Virus record (IMG/VR): IMGVR_UViG_3300049926_000055
Location: 1 to 56,334 of that record
Reading direction: 5' to 3' (one strand)
DNA length: 56,334 nt
From: a virus
Lineage: Duplodnaviria; Caudoviricetes
In this document: positions 29,135 to 38,317 of the stretch, piece by piece
Layout of the letters: each line of letters begins with the position of its first letter
Numbering within the stretch: the stretch's first letter is position 1
Program-made: the position numbers and the translations under genes
The notes under the pieces: model-generated
Told to the model about the DNA's origin: nothing
The model's input: the letters and a program-made list of their open reading frames with translations, nothing else
Database searches by the model: none

Positions 29135-29883
29135 GCTTTCTCCAGGCACGCAAGGTCGGCTTCGACACGGAGACGACTCACCAGGATCCCAACGAGGCCC
29201 GCATCGTCACCGCCGCGCTCGTCGTACGCGGCGGCGGTAAGCCCGACCAGACCTTCAACTACCTGATCAACCCCGGCGTACCCATCCCGCCCGAGACCAC
29301 CGCCATCCACGGCATCGACGACGCCAAGGCACAGGCCGAAGGGCAGGACCCCAAGGCCGCACTGGAGGACATCGCCACCAAACTCGCCGCCGCCCTGCGG
29401 TACGGCATGCCCGTCATCGCCTTCAACCTGTCCTACGACTGGACCGTCCTCACCCGCGACCTGGCCCGCCACGACCTGCCGTCAATGCCCGAGCGGCTGG
29501 CCGGCATCGGGGCGCCGGCGCTGGTGGACCCGCACGTCATCGACCGCGCCGTCGACCGGTTCCGCAAGGGCACCGGCATGCGGAAGCTCAAGCCGACGTG
29601 CGGCGTGTACGGCATCGAGCTGGAGGACTGGCACACCGCCGAGGCGGACGCGCTCGCCGCCCTGTTGATCGCTGAGGCGCAGTTCACGAAGTACCCGCGG
29701 CTGAACCAGTACTCGCCGGGCGAGTTGTTCGTCGAGCAGCAGAGGTGGCGGGCGGAGCAGCAGGCCGGGTTGCAGGAGTGGTTCCGGACGAAGGCCAGCA
29801 AGGAGCAGGGCGGTGATCCGGACAAGGTCATCGCCGGGCAGTGGCCGTTGATCCCGGCTGCCGCTGAGGGGGTGGCGTCATGA
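29131..29883 (+). CDS. DnaQ-like 3'-5' exonuclease (DEDDh)
   Basis: GFDTETT, IHGI, AFNLSYD, HTAEADA. Confidence 0.9.
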   Translation: MSFLQARKVGFDTETTHQDPNEARIVTAALVVRGGGKPDQTFNYLINPGVPIPPETTAIHGIDDAKAQAEGQDPKAALEDIATKLAAALRYGMPVIAFNLSYDWTVLTRDLARHDLPSMPERLAGIGAPALVDPHVIDRAVDRFRKGTGMRKLKPTCGVYGIELEDWHTAEADALAALLIAEAQFTKYPRLNQYSPGELFVEQQRWRAEQQAGLQEWFRTKASKEQGGDPDKVIAGQWPLIPAAAEGVAS

Positions 29884-30317
29884 GCCTCTTCGGACGGCGC
29901 GAGAAGCGCAAGATCGAGGAGCAGGCGCGCCGCATCGAGCAGCTGTTTGAGCAGCGCAACGAAGCCCGCACCCTCGCCGGGATTCATCAGGGCAACCTCG
30001 TGCGGATGGCGCAGGCCCGCTCCGGCCAGCACGACGAGAACGTCCAGCTCCGCAAGGAAGTCGACAGCCTCGGCCGGATACTCACCCGCGAGGTCACCGA
30101 AGCAGCCGAGGACGTGGCCGCTGCCGAGGCAACCGCCACCCGATACCGGCTGGCCTGGACCTCCGCCCGCTTCCGGGCCGCCGCGTACGGCGAGGGCATC
30201 CTGCGGCTCACCAAGGACCGCGACAGCTACGCCGGATGGCTCCGCGACGAGCAGAAATCCACGGCCAACCTCCGCGCCCTGGCCGGCGCCGTGAAGGACA
30301 GCGAGGCCACCTCATGA
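29880..30317 (+). CDS. Hypothetical coiled-coil protein
   Basis: ATGA overlap; RYRLAWTSARFRA. Confidence 0.6.
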   Translation: MSLFGRREKRKIEEQARRIEQLFEQRNEARTLAGIHQGNLVRMAQARSGQHDENVQLRKEVDSLGRILTREVTEAAEDVAAAEATATRYRLAWTSARFRAAAYGEGILRLTKDRDSYAGWLRDEQKSTANLRALAGAVKDSEATS

Positions 30318-30670
30318 CCATCAACCCCGACATCCCCCAGGTCGCGAGCGGCTTCCTCGGCATCGGCGGCGTGATCGGCGTCGGCCTCATCGTCGACCAG
30401 CTCCGCAAGCCCACCGGCATCCACCGCGTCGAACGGCGCCCGGCCGTCGTCGAGGTCGCCGCCGGCGCCCCGGAAGCCGTGCCGTACGCGGGGTTCCACG
30501 GCGGCCACACCACCGTCGAAACGGCGCTGGGCCTGATCGTCATGGGCTTCCGTTACTGCCCGGCCGAGTTGCAGACGGTCGCCGCGGTGATCCATCCGGA
30601 CGGGTCCGCGACGTGCGCTGATGACGACTGCGGCGCCCACATCCCTGCCACCGAGGAAGGCGCACTGTGA
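30314..30670 (+). CDS. Hypothetical protein with TM segment and Cys motif
   Basis: ATGA overlap; FRYCPAE...C..DDC. Confidence 0.55.
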   Translation: MTINPDIPQVASGFLGIGGVIGVGLIVDQLRKPTGIHRVERRPAVVEVAAGAPEAVPYAGFHGGHTTVETALGLIVMGFRYCPAELQTVAAVIHPDGSATCADDDCGAHIPATEEGAL

Positions 30671-31197
30671 CCGCCGCCATCGAGACCGCCGCTCCCGTAA
30701 CCCCCACCGCGGGGGCGGCACCCGACCTCACCGTCATCGTCCGCGACCACCGGCCGGCCCCGCAGGGAAGCAAGCGGCACGTAGGGCAAGGCCGCCTCAT
30801 CGAACAGTCCAAGCGCGTCACGCCCTGGCGCGTCGCCGTCGACACTGCGGCCCGCAACGCCATGGTCGTCCGCCACGCCCTGAAGTACGGCGGCCGGCCC
30901 GCTGGACCCACGCCGCCGCTCGACGGCCCGCTGTCCGTTGAGGTCGCCTTCACCGTCCGCAAGCCCGCCAGCGCCCCCAAGCGGCGCATCACATGGCCCA
31001 TCACCCGCGACAGCGGCGACATCGACAAGCTGCTCCGCTCGACCCTCGATGCCCTCACCACCTCGGGCGCGATCGCGGATGACTCGATGGTCGTCGAGGT
31101 CGTCGCCCGCAAGATGCACCCCGGCGAGGGCCTCGACGCCCTCGACGCCCCGGGCGCCGTCATCCGCATCTGGCGACTGCCGGCCGGGGGTGCGTGA
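30667..31197 (+). CDS. rusA: RusA-like Holliday junction resolvase
   Basis: PAPQGSK, DIDKLLRSTLDALT and ADDSMVV motifs. Confidence 0.9.
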   Translation: MTAAIETAAPVTPTAGAAPDLTVIVRDHRPAPQGSKRHVGQGRLIEQSKRVTPWRVAVDTAARNAMVVRHALKYGGRPAGPTPPLDGPLSVEVAFTVRKPASAPKRRITWPITRDSGDIDKLLRSTLDALTTSGAIADDSMVVEVVARKMHPGEGLDALDAPGAVIRIWRLPAGGA

Positions 31198-31601
31198 TGG
31201 CCGCCCGCACCCTGCCCGCCTGCCAGTCCGGCACCCGCCACCCCGACACCTGGCACAGCCACCACCCCGACCAGCAAGCCGAAGCCCGCGCGGTGTGCCT
31301 GGCCTGCCCCACCCGGCCCGCCTGCCAGACCGCGGTACTCGCCGCCGAAGCAGGCCTGCCCGCTGCTGACCGGCACGGCATCTGGGCCGCCCTCGACGGC
31401 GACCAACGCGCCGACCTCGACCCCACCACCCCGGCCACCCCGGCCAGCGGCGGGCGGCCGCTCGCCAACTGCGGCTCCTTCTCCGCGTACCGCCGCCACG
31501 CCCGCAACAACCAGCCCATCGACCCGGCATGCCAAGAAGCGGCACGCCAGCACTGGGCTGACGAACGGGCCACCGCCAAGACCCGGGAGGCCGCAGCGTG
31601 A
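31197..31601 (+). CDS. WhiB-family transcription factor
   Basis: C...ARAVCLACPTRPAC...HGIWAAL, plus C-terminal CGS..AYRRH...C. Confidence 0.78.
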   Translation: MAARTLPACQSGTRHPDTWHSHHPDQQAEARAVCLACPTRPACQTAVLAAEAGLPAADRHGIWAALDGDQRADLDPTTPATPASGGRPLANCGSFSAYRRHARNNQPIDPACQEAARQHWADERATAKTREAAA

Positions 31602-31804
31602 CCGGCCGCCCGCGCCGCACCCAGTACGTCGACGCGATCCTCCGCATCGTCGCCGAACCCTCCGTGTCCGCCCACTACCAGTGCCTGCGCTGCGACTTCA
31701 CCCAGTCCGTACGCGGCCGCGCCAAGACCGTCGCCTTCGCCGCAGACATCCGCACCAGCCACCGGGCCATCTGCCCGGTCATCCAGAAAGGCAACGCCGC
31801 ATGA
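31598..31804 (+). CDS. Small Zn-binding protein
   Basis: YQCLRC...HRAICP; GTGA overlap. Confidence 0.55.
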   Translation: MTGRPRRTQYVDAILRIVAEPSVSAHYQCLRCDFTQSVRGRAKTVAFAADIRTSHRAICPVIQKGNAA

Positions 31805-32028
31805 GCGAGACCCGCCTCACCTGCATCAGCGACGCGGCCGCCGCCGCGGTCGTCGCCGAGCACGACGACTACTTCGGCGCAGGCGCCTCCAACACCGTCC
31901 GCCAGGACGGCGCGCAGGTCGTCATCGACTACTTCGACAAGCGCTGGCCCCTCGACATCGCCGAATGGGCCCACGAGATGGGCCACGCCCACGACGCCGA
32001 CGCCGGCCGAGTCATCGCCGCCCTGTAG
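31801..32028 (+). CDS. Hypothetical protein
   Basis: ATGA overlap; RBS gaaagg. Confidence 0.55.
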   Translation: MSETRLTCISDAAAAAVVAEHDDYFGAGASNTVRQDGAQVVIDYFDKRWPLDIAEWAHEMGHAHDADAGRVIAAL

Positions 32029-32071
32029 CGCCCCAGACCCGCAGCACACAACCACCCAGAAAGGCACACCC

Positions 32072-32428
32072 GTGACCGACAGCACCACCACCGAGCGCGC
32101 AGACCTCGCCGCGTTCCTCGCCGGACACCTCAACGGCCGCACCGCCGAAGGCCTCAGCACCGAATTCCACGAGCTGCTGGAAGCCGTCAAGACCCACGGA
32201 AAGAAGGGCTCCCTCACCATCACCGTCGTCGTCGAGCCCCCCGCCAACGGCGTCGACAGCGCCCCGCTCCCCATCGGCATCGAGTCCGCGGTCAAGGCCC
32301 CCAAGCCCACCCCCGTCAAGTCCCTGTACTTCCTCGACGACGCCGGCAACCCCATCCGCGAAGACCCCCGCCAGATGGCCATCGACTTCCGCACCGCACC
32401 CGCCAACAACACCTTCAAGGACGCCTAA
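32072..32428 (+). CDS. Conserved hypothetical partner of DUF2303
   Basis: KKGSLTITV...YFLDDAGNPIREDPRQ. Confidence 0.7.
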   Translation: MTDSTTTERADLAAFLAGHLNGRTAEGLSTEFHELLEAVKTHGKKGSLTITVVVEPPANGVDSAPLPIGIESAVKAPKPTPVKSLYFLDDAGNPIREDPRQMAIDFRTAPANNTFKDA

Positions 32429-32431
32429 CCC

Positions 32432-33241
32432 ATGACCGACATCGACAACGTCCAGACCATCGTCGACACCGCGACCCGCGCCACCGAAGCCGAGGAACTC
32501 ACCCCCGGCAAGATCTACGCCTTCAACACCCCCACCGGAGTCAAGCAGTTCGACCTCACCGGCGAGGAGTACAGCGACACCCCCAAGCGGAAGCGCGGCA
32601 CCACCACCGTCCGCGACGCCGGATCCTTCCTCTCCTACTGGGCCAAGCACTCCAGCGACGCATCCGAGGTCTACGCCGACGCCGACCGCCTCAGCATCAC
32701 CGCCGTCCTCGACGCCCACACCGTCGAAGAGCCCGACTGGGGACAGCACCGCCTCCACCTCCAGCTCCGCGAGACCGACGCATGGCAGCAGTGGGCCGCC
32801 CTCGACGGCAAGCTCATGGACCAAGAACGCTTCGCCGAGTTCCTGGAAGACCACCTCCCCGAACTCCTCGAGCCGTCCGCCGCCGAGATGCTGGAGATCG
32901 CACAGTCCATCCAGGGCGTCGCCAAGGCCGAGTTCCAGTCCGGCACCCGCCTCCAGTCCGGCGAACGGAAGCTCGCCTACGTCGAGACCGTCACCGCCAA
33001 GGCCGGCCAGAAGGGCGAGCTGCTCATCCCCGAGCAGTTCACCATCGGGCTTGTGCCGTTCGAGGGCTCGGAGGGCTACAAGCTCACCGCCCGGCTGCGG
33101 TACCGCATCAACGGCGGCCCCCTCCAGCTCGCCTACAAGCTCGACCGGCCCGCCGACATCCGCAAGACCGCATTCGACGACGTCGTCAAGGCCGTCGCCG
33201 AGCAGATCGACAGCCCGATCATGAACGGCTCTCCCGCCTGA
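32432..33241 (+). CDS. DUF2303 / YfdQ-family protein
   Basis: ITAVLDAH, MDQERFAEFLED, IPEQFTIGLVPFEG, ARLRYR. Confidence 0.85.
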   Translation: MTDIDNVQTIVDTATRATEAEELTPGKIYAFNTPTGVKQFDLTGEEYSDTPKRKRGTTTVRDAGSFLSYWAKHSSDASEVYADADRLSITAVLDAHTVEEPDWGQHRLHLQLRETDAWQQWAALDGKLMDQERFAEFLEDHLPELLEPSAAEMLEIAQSIQGVAKAEFQSGTRLQSGERKLAYVETVTAKAGQKGELLIPEQFTIGLVPFEGSEGYKLTARLRYRINGGPLQLAYKLDRPADIRKTAFDDVVKAVAEQIDSPIMNGSPA

Positions 33242-33540
33242 TGGCCGGGCGCGCGGCAGCACCAGAGGTCGGGCACTCCCGCTGCACGGTCTGCCGCGCG
33301 CCCATCATCCGCACCCGCTGGCTCGGCCTCCCCATCACCGCCACCCTCCGCCCCCTCACCCCCGCCGAACAGACCGCCGTGTGGGACGGAGACGACCGCA
33401 ACCGCCTCGTCTGGTGCCTCCGCGAAAACCGCTGGACCCCCACCCGCCTCATCGAAATCCACCGCCACACCCACCCCGCGAGCTGCCCACACCCACACAT
33501 CGCCTGCCACCGCTGCCCCGTCCAGACCGCCGTCATCTGA
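33241..33540 (+). CDS. Small Cys/His-rich protein
   Basis: CTVCRAPII...CPHPHIACHRC. Confidence 0.55.
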   Translation: MAGRAAAPEVGHSRCTVCRAPIIRTRWLGLPITATLRPLTPAEQTAVWDGDDRNRLVWCLRENRWTPTRLIEIHRHTHPASCPHPHIACHRCPVQTAVI

Positions 33541-33623
33541 CCTGCCAGGAGCCCGCCGTGAACAGCAGAAAGCACCGTCAACAGACCGAAGGTCTGCGAA
33601 CGGTGCTTAGCGTGCGCGGAGGA

Positions 33624-34070
33624 TCAGGCGCCGGAGCGCTGCGCCTCGATCTCCTCCGCCTCGGGCACAGGGACGATCGCAGCGACGCGGCGGCCCCGGC
33701 TCGTGATGTACGTGACCTGCTTCCGCACGGCGGCGGCATGGACGATGTCCGCGATGCGGTTCCGGAAGTGGGCCACCGAGACGTCCGTCAGGTCAGCGAA
33801 GTCCAGCGTGACGTTCATCGGAGCGTCGGACCCCGCCCGGTTGTAGAGCGGGCCTTCCGCCTTGATGGCGTGCGTTTCGTCAAGCTCAGCCGCCGACCGG
33901 TTGGGGCGCCACTCGATCTCCTTGCGCTCAACGAGCGGCCACCACGGAGCGGTGCTGGCGTGCGATTTGAAGCGCTGCTCCGGGTCGCAGGCGATGCCTA
34001 CATACAGAAGCCGCCCAGCCGCATCGAAGAGGCGGTACAGGGCGGTCGGCTGGTCCGTGTCGTGAGGCAC
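33624..34070 (-). CDS. GIY-YIG domain fused to Phd/YefM-like domain
   Basis: ALYRLFD...LLYVGIA...RFKSH...E..AIKAEGPLYN, then VSVAHFRNRIADIV...YITSRGRRVAAIVP. Confidence 0.78.
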   Translation of the reverse strand: MPHDTDQPTALYRLFDAAGRLLYVGIACDPEQRFKSHASTAPWWPLVERKEIEWRPNRSAAELDETHAIKAEGPLYNRAGSDAPMNVTLDFADLTDVSVAHFRNRIADIVHAAAVRKQVTYITSRGRRVAAIVPVPEAEEIEAQRSGA

Positions 34071-34085
34071 GTAACGACTCCTTCG

Positions 34086-34298
34086 TCAGGTCGGCCGCTT
34101 CCCAAGAGCCTCGATCGCGTGCTCGTAGAACTCGGGCGTCACGAGGTACGCCCGGCGACGGCCGCGCACGGTCAGCGCACTGACGAGATCGTCCTCCAGC
34201 ACTTGCTCGATGAGCCGAGTCAGCAGCGGGCGGGCGATGGTCAGCGGCACTTCCTGCACGCCGTCCTCGGCGATCCGAGGTTCCTTATCAGTGGCCAT
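34086..34298 (-). CDS. Phd/YefM-like protein, probably leaderless
   Basis: EVPLTIARPLLTRLIE...LTVRGRRRAYLVTPEFYE; TACACT 6 nt before ATG. Confidence 0.65.
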   Translation of the reverse strand: MATDKEPRIAEDGVQEVPLTIARPLLTRLIEQVLEDDLVSALTVRGRRRAYLVTPEFYEHAIEALGKRPT

Positions 34299-34473
34299 GG
34301 TCAGAGTGTAAGTCATGGTCAACCTTACCACGCTTGCCAAAGTGGTGAGTTTGATAAGATGGCGACGACGGGTGAGACGCGCGCAAAGCCGCCCTGACTC
34401 GGGCAATCAGACACGCCCCGAACCACCGCCCAGCCAGAGCACCAGCGCAACCCTTCTGACCGCAAGGAGCACC

Positions 34474-35979
34474 GTGGAGAACGTCCGCCCGATCAACCCG
34501 CGCGACACGGCGGACGACGACGGCCTCACCCGCAAGCCCCCGGCCAATGTCCCGGCCGAACTGGCCGTGTTGGCAGAGTGCATCCACAAGCCCGAGTCGT
34601 ACGCCGAAGCCGCCGCGATCATCGACCGCGCCGACTTCACCCAGCCCGCCCATCAGCTCGTCTGGGATGTCCTCGGCCAGCAGATCAGCACCAACGCGCC
34701 AACGAGCCCGATAGCACTGCACGCCGAGATCGAACGCCTCGGCCAGCTCCGCCTCGTCAACGGCGGCACCTACCTCTGGGAAATCTCCAGTGCCTTCGGA
34801 GCGGGCAGCGTCGACTACTTCGCCGAACTACTGCGCGACAAGACCCGCGAACGCGACGCCGATGCTCTCGCCACCCGCATCAAGACCGCCATCCTCAAGC
34901 AGGACGGCCCCGACGAGATCGACCGCCTCGTCACCGAGTACCAGCAGCAGCGCACCAGCAGCACCAGCGCCGACCCCGTTGCCTCCCGACTCATCGCCGG
35001 CGGCTCCTTCATCCTTGACCGCCCGGACACCGTCCCCGCCATCTGGGGCGAAGGCGACCAGGTCCTGTGGGCCGAAGGCGAAGGCCTGATCATCGCCGGG
35101 CCGGCTGGAGTCGGGAAGACCACCGTCGGCCAACAGGTCCTTCTCTCCGCCATCGGCATCCGACCCCACGCCCTCGGCCTCGCCGTGCGCCCCGCCAAGC
35201 GCGTTCTCTACCTCGCCTCCGACCGGCCCCAGCAGGCCGCCCGGTCCATGGCCCGCATGGTCACCACCGAACACCGCGACGTCCTCGACGAGCACTTGGT
35301 GTTCTGGCCCGGGCCGCCACCGAGCGACTTCATCAAAGACCCGTCGACCCTCGTCCGGCTCTGCGAGAAGGCCGGCGCCGACATGGTGTGCCTCGACAGC
35401 CTCAAGGACATGGCCGGCGAACTCGCCACCGAGGAAGGTGGCCAGGCCATCAACTCCGCGATTCAGCGCACCCTCGTCGAGGGCGTCGAGGTCATCGCCC
35501 TGCACCACCACCGCAAGCAGGGCGGCGGCAAGGACGGTGGCCGCGAACCCACCAGCCTTGACGAGCTGTACGGCTCCACGTGGATCACCGCGGGCGCGGG
35601 CTCTGTGATCTCCCTGTGGGGTGCGGCCGGTGACCCGATCGTGTCCATGAAGCACCTCAAGCAGCCCGCCGGGGAGTGCGGTCCGTGGCGCCTCAAGCAC
35701 GACCATCCGAACGGCTACACCGAGGTCTGGCACGAGGTCGACATCCTCGAAGTCCTCGTGCACGCCCGCGGCATGCTCACCGCCCAGCAGCTCGCCGCGC
35801 AGATCTACTCCCCGGACAAGGGCAAGCCCACCCCCAGCGAGGTCGAGAAGGCCCGCAGGAAGCTCGACCAGCTCGCCGAGAAGGGCCTCGCCCGGAAGGT
35901 CGGCGGCGGCCCCGGCGGCCGCGGCAAGGAGAGCGGCTACGTCGCGGCGTTCACGCCCGACGGGGTGATCGCCGAATGA
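34474..35979 (+). CDS. Replication protein: DnaB N-terminal domain + RecA/AAA_25-type helicase + C-terminal winged helix
   Basis: PPANVPAELAVL, DFTQPAHQLVW, GGTYL; Walker A GPAGVGKT; CLDS; LHHHRK; YGS; RBS aaggag. Confidence 0.8.
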   Translation: MENVRPINPRDTADDDGLTRKPPANVPAELAVLAECIHKPESYAEAAAIIDRADFTQPAHQLVWDVLGQQISTNAPTSPIALHAEIERLGQLRLVNGGTYLWEISSAFGAGSVDYFAELLRDKTRERDADALATRIKTAILKQDGPDEIDRLVTEYQQQRTSSTSADPVASRLIAGGSFILDRPDTVPAIWGEGDQVLWAEGEGLIIAGPAGVGKTTVGQQVLLSAIGIRPHALGLAVRPAKRVLYLASDRPQQAARSMARMVTTEHRDVLDEHLVFWPGPPPSDFIKDPSTLVRLCEKAGADMVCLDSLKDMAGELATEEGGQAINSAIQRTLVEGVEVIALHHHRKQGGGKDGGREPTSLDELYGSTWITAGAGSVISLWGAAGDPIVSMKHLKQPAGECGPWRLKHDHPNGYTEVWHEVDILEVLVHARGMLTAQQLAAQIYSPDKGKPTPSEVEKARRKLDQLAEKGLARKVGGGPGGRGKESGYVAAFTPDGVIAE

Positions 35980-35981
35980 GC

Positions 35982-36225
35982 CTCACGGAAACTCACGCAG
36001 AAACTCACGGTCATTCTCACGCGGAAACTCACGGCACCTCACGAAACTCACGATCCGGGTCTCTGTGCAGGTCAGAAACTCACGGGCCGAAACTCACGGT
36101 CGAATCTCACGCGGAAACTCACGCACCTCACGGTGATCAAGGAATCCGCAGGTCAAAAACTCACGCACAACTCACGCAAGAAACTCACGCGACCCCCCTC
36201 TCTAAAGAGAGGGGAGGGGGGTCGC
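35982..36225. repeat. Iteron array, putative replication origin
   Basis: 15 CTCACG cores (8 exact GAAACTCACG) followed by inverted repeat GCGACCCCCCTC...GAGGGGGGTCGC. Confidence 0.8.
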
Positions 36226-36275
36226 ACCCCAACCCCAACCACCTCGCCCGGCCCCGGAAGCCACAGGAGCACCCC

Positions 36276-37043
36276 GTGAACCAGACCGTCAGCCTCTACC
36301 GGTTCTACGACACCACCGGCGCCCTGCTCTACATCGGAATCACCAACCGCGTCCCCCGCCGACTCGACGAGCACGGCGACGACAAGCCCTGGTTCCTCCA
36401 CGTCTCCCGGGTCACCGTCGAACACCACCCCGACCGGCACGCCGCGCTGCGCGCCGAGAAGACCGCCATCAAGACCGAGCGGCCCAAGTACAACGTCCAG
36501 CACAACCGCAGCGCCCACCGGACCAAGGTCCAGGACGGCTCCGGCCGCTGGGTCTTCCGGTCCCGCCTCGCCGGCCGCGAGACGCGCACCGACCTCGTCC
36601 TGTACCCGGAGCTCGACTGCTCCGCGATGGTCGACGACGTCTGGGAACTCGACGGGCAAGGCCAGTTCGAGGAGTACCTGCAGTACCTGGAGCACCGCCA
36701 CGCCGAGTGGCTGAAGGCCGATGCAATCCCCATCATCTGGTCCGTCCACGACGGCGGACCCAACGGCGTCTTCGAAGCTGTTCCCTTCACCGCCTGGGGA
36801 GACAGCGTCGGGTGGGGCAACTTCCTCACCCACCACACGTGGCCCGTCGACGCCGTCAATGGCGAGCCCCTCGACTGGTACCAGCTGCCCGTCGTCAACG
36901 ACCGCTTCCCCGAGTTCGCCAAGGCCCTCGCCTGGACGCCGTCACCGCTCCAGCCGACGTGCCCCCTGGCGAGCATCATCCGCAGCCGCAACGGCCAGTA
37001 CGCCGCTCCCAGCCGACCCGCCGGCTTGACCCCATGCCCATAG
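36276..37043 (+). CDS. GIY-YIG domain protein with unknown C-terminal domain
   Basis: SLYRFYD...LLYIGIT...RLDEH...EKTAIKTERPKYN; RBS caggag. Confidence 0.8.
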   Translation: MNQTVSLYRFYDTTGALLYIGITNRVPRRLDEHGDDKPWFLHVSRVTVEHHPDRHAALRAEKTAIKTERPKYNVQHNRSAHRTKVQDGSGRWVFRSRLAGRETRTDLVLYPELDCSAMVDDVWELDGQGQFEEYLQYLEHRHAEWLKADAIPIIWSVHDGGPNGVFEAVPFTAWGDSVGWGNFLTHHTWPVDAVNGEPLDWYQLPVVNDRFPEFAKALAWTPSPLQPTCPLASIIRSRNGQYAAPSRPAGLTPCP

Positions 37044-37096
37044 GGACCACCCCCCGGCATCCCAACCCAGCCGCATCCCAACCCGAGGACAACACC

Positions 37097-37549
37097 GTGA
37101 CCAGCCCAACGGAAGACCGCCCCAACGAAGCCGTCCGCATCCAACGCCGCCGCACCGCCGGCTGGCGCGCACCCGCCGGCGCGAAGTACGTCGGCCGCGG
37201 CTCGAAGTGGGGCAACCCCTGCACTCAGGTCCGCTACCCCGCGCTGGACGGCTCCGAGTGGGAGCAGGAAGGACGCCTCGGCAAGACCAGCGGGCAGCGC
37301 CACGCCTTCGTCCACCCCGACAAGACCGTCACGTGGCACCTCGTGAAGGACGCCACCCGCGAGCAGGCCGTCGCCATGTACCGCGACTGGCTTGACCAGC
37401 GGCCCGACCTCGCGGCAGCAGCGCGCACCGAACTCGCCGGCCTGGACCTCATGTGCTGGTGCCCCCTGCCCGAGCCCGGGGAGCCGGATCACTGCCACGC
37501 CGCGGTGCTGCTGGAGCTGGCCAACGCCGCTGAGGGGGTGCAGCGATGA
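37097..37549 (+). CDS. DUF4326-family protein
   Basis: RIQRRRTAGWR...YVGRGSKWGNP...ELAGLDLMCWCP...CHAAVLLELAN. Confidence 0.88.
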   Translation: MTSPTEDRPNEAVRIQRRRTAGWRAPAGAKYVGRGSKWGNPCTQVRYPALDGSEWEQEGRLGKTSGQRHAFVHPDKTVTWHLVKDATREQAVAMYRDWLDQRPDLAAAARTELAGLDLMCWCPLPEPGEPDHCHAAVLLELANAAEGVQR

Positions 37550-37950
37550 TCCGCGCAGACCGCTTCCTGATCTCCCGCAAGGCCTTCGCCATCGACCTGG
37601 CCACCGTCACCGGCGAACAGCACGAGCGCGGCGACCGCATCGCCTTCAGCGGCAGGGCCAACGCGCTCTGGTTCCGCCGGCAGAACGGCGTCACCCGAGC
37701 CTGCATCGGCTCGCTCGGCCTGTGGAGCCACTACCTGCCCGACCGCCTCAACCTCGACGACCCGCACGCGGTGCTGTCGGCGGACCTCGACGGCCGCTAC
37801 GGCGGCGACTGCCACGGCAGGTGGGACGGCACCGGCTACTGGGGCGCTGAAGACCTCGACGTCCAGGCGCAGCACCTCGCGATCCTGCGCCCGATGCTCG
37901 CCGCGTACCCGACGATCCCTGCTGGCTACGACGGATGGTGGCGGTTCTGA
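37546..37950 (+). CDS. Hypothetical protein
   Basis: ATGA overlap; GRYGGDCHGRWDG. Confidence 0.65.
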   Translation: MIRADRFLISRKAFAIDLATVTGEQHERGDRIAFSGRANALWFRRQNGVTRACIGSLGLWSHYLPDRLNLDDPHAVLSADLDGRYGGDCHGRWDGTGYWGAEDLDVQAQHLAILRPMLAAYPTIPAGYDGWWRF

Positions 37951-38177
37951 TGGGCGTCGAGCGTGCCGGTACGCCCGGCGCCGCGTGGGAGACGGAACTC
38001 AGGTCCCTCGGTGAGGTTGTGGTTCCCGAGGACGACGGGGAGTCGCCGTTTGGTTGGTCCGAGACGCCGCTGTGCGCCCCTGTGAGCCCCGTAGACGCGT
38101 CGGGTGACTCCAGCCCCGCTAACCGGGCGGCGAGGCGCGCAGCGAGGCGCACAGCGCGCCGGGAGGGACGGGCGTGA
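37950..38177 (+). CDS. Hypothetical small protein
   Basis: TGATG coupling; NRAARRA tail. Confidence 0.45.
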   Translation: MGVERAGTPGAAWETELRSLGEVVVPEDDGESPFGWSETPLCAPVSPVDASGDSSPANRAARRAARRTARREGRA

Positions 38178-38317
38178 TCCGGTTCCTGCTGCTCCTGGTC
38201 ACCCTCTTCGGAAGCTGCGTCTCCGTCCCCGCGTACTTCGCCCTCGCCGACGCGTGGCAGCACCACATCAAACCCCGCGTCAACCGCCACCGCGCCGCCC
38301 GGAGGTTCACGCCGTGA
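38174..38317 (+). CDS. Small membrane peptide
   Basis: MIRFLLLLVTLFGSCVSVPAYFAL...; RBS gggagg. Confidence 0.45.
   Translation: MIRFLLLLVTLFGSCVSVPAYFALADAWQHHIKPRVNRHRAARRFTP

Noticed and set aside
35982-36190. CRISPR array
   Set aside because: Repeats are 6-10 nt with very short irregular spacers and there is no cas operon; fits iterons
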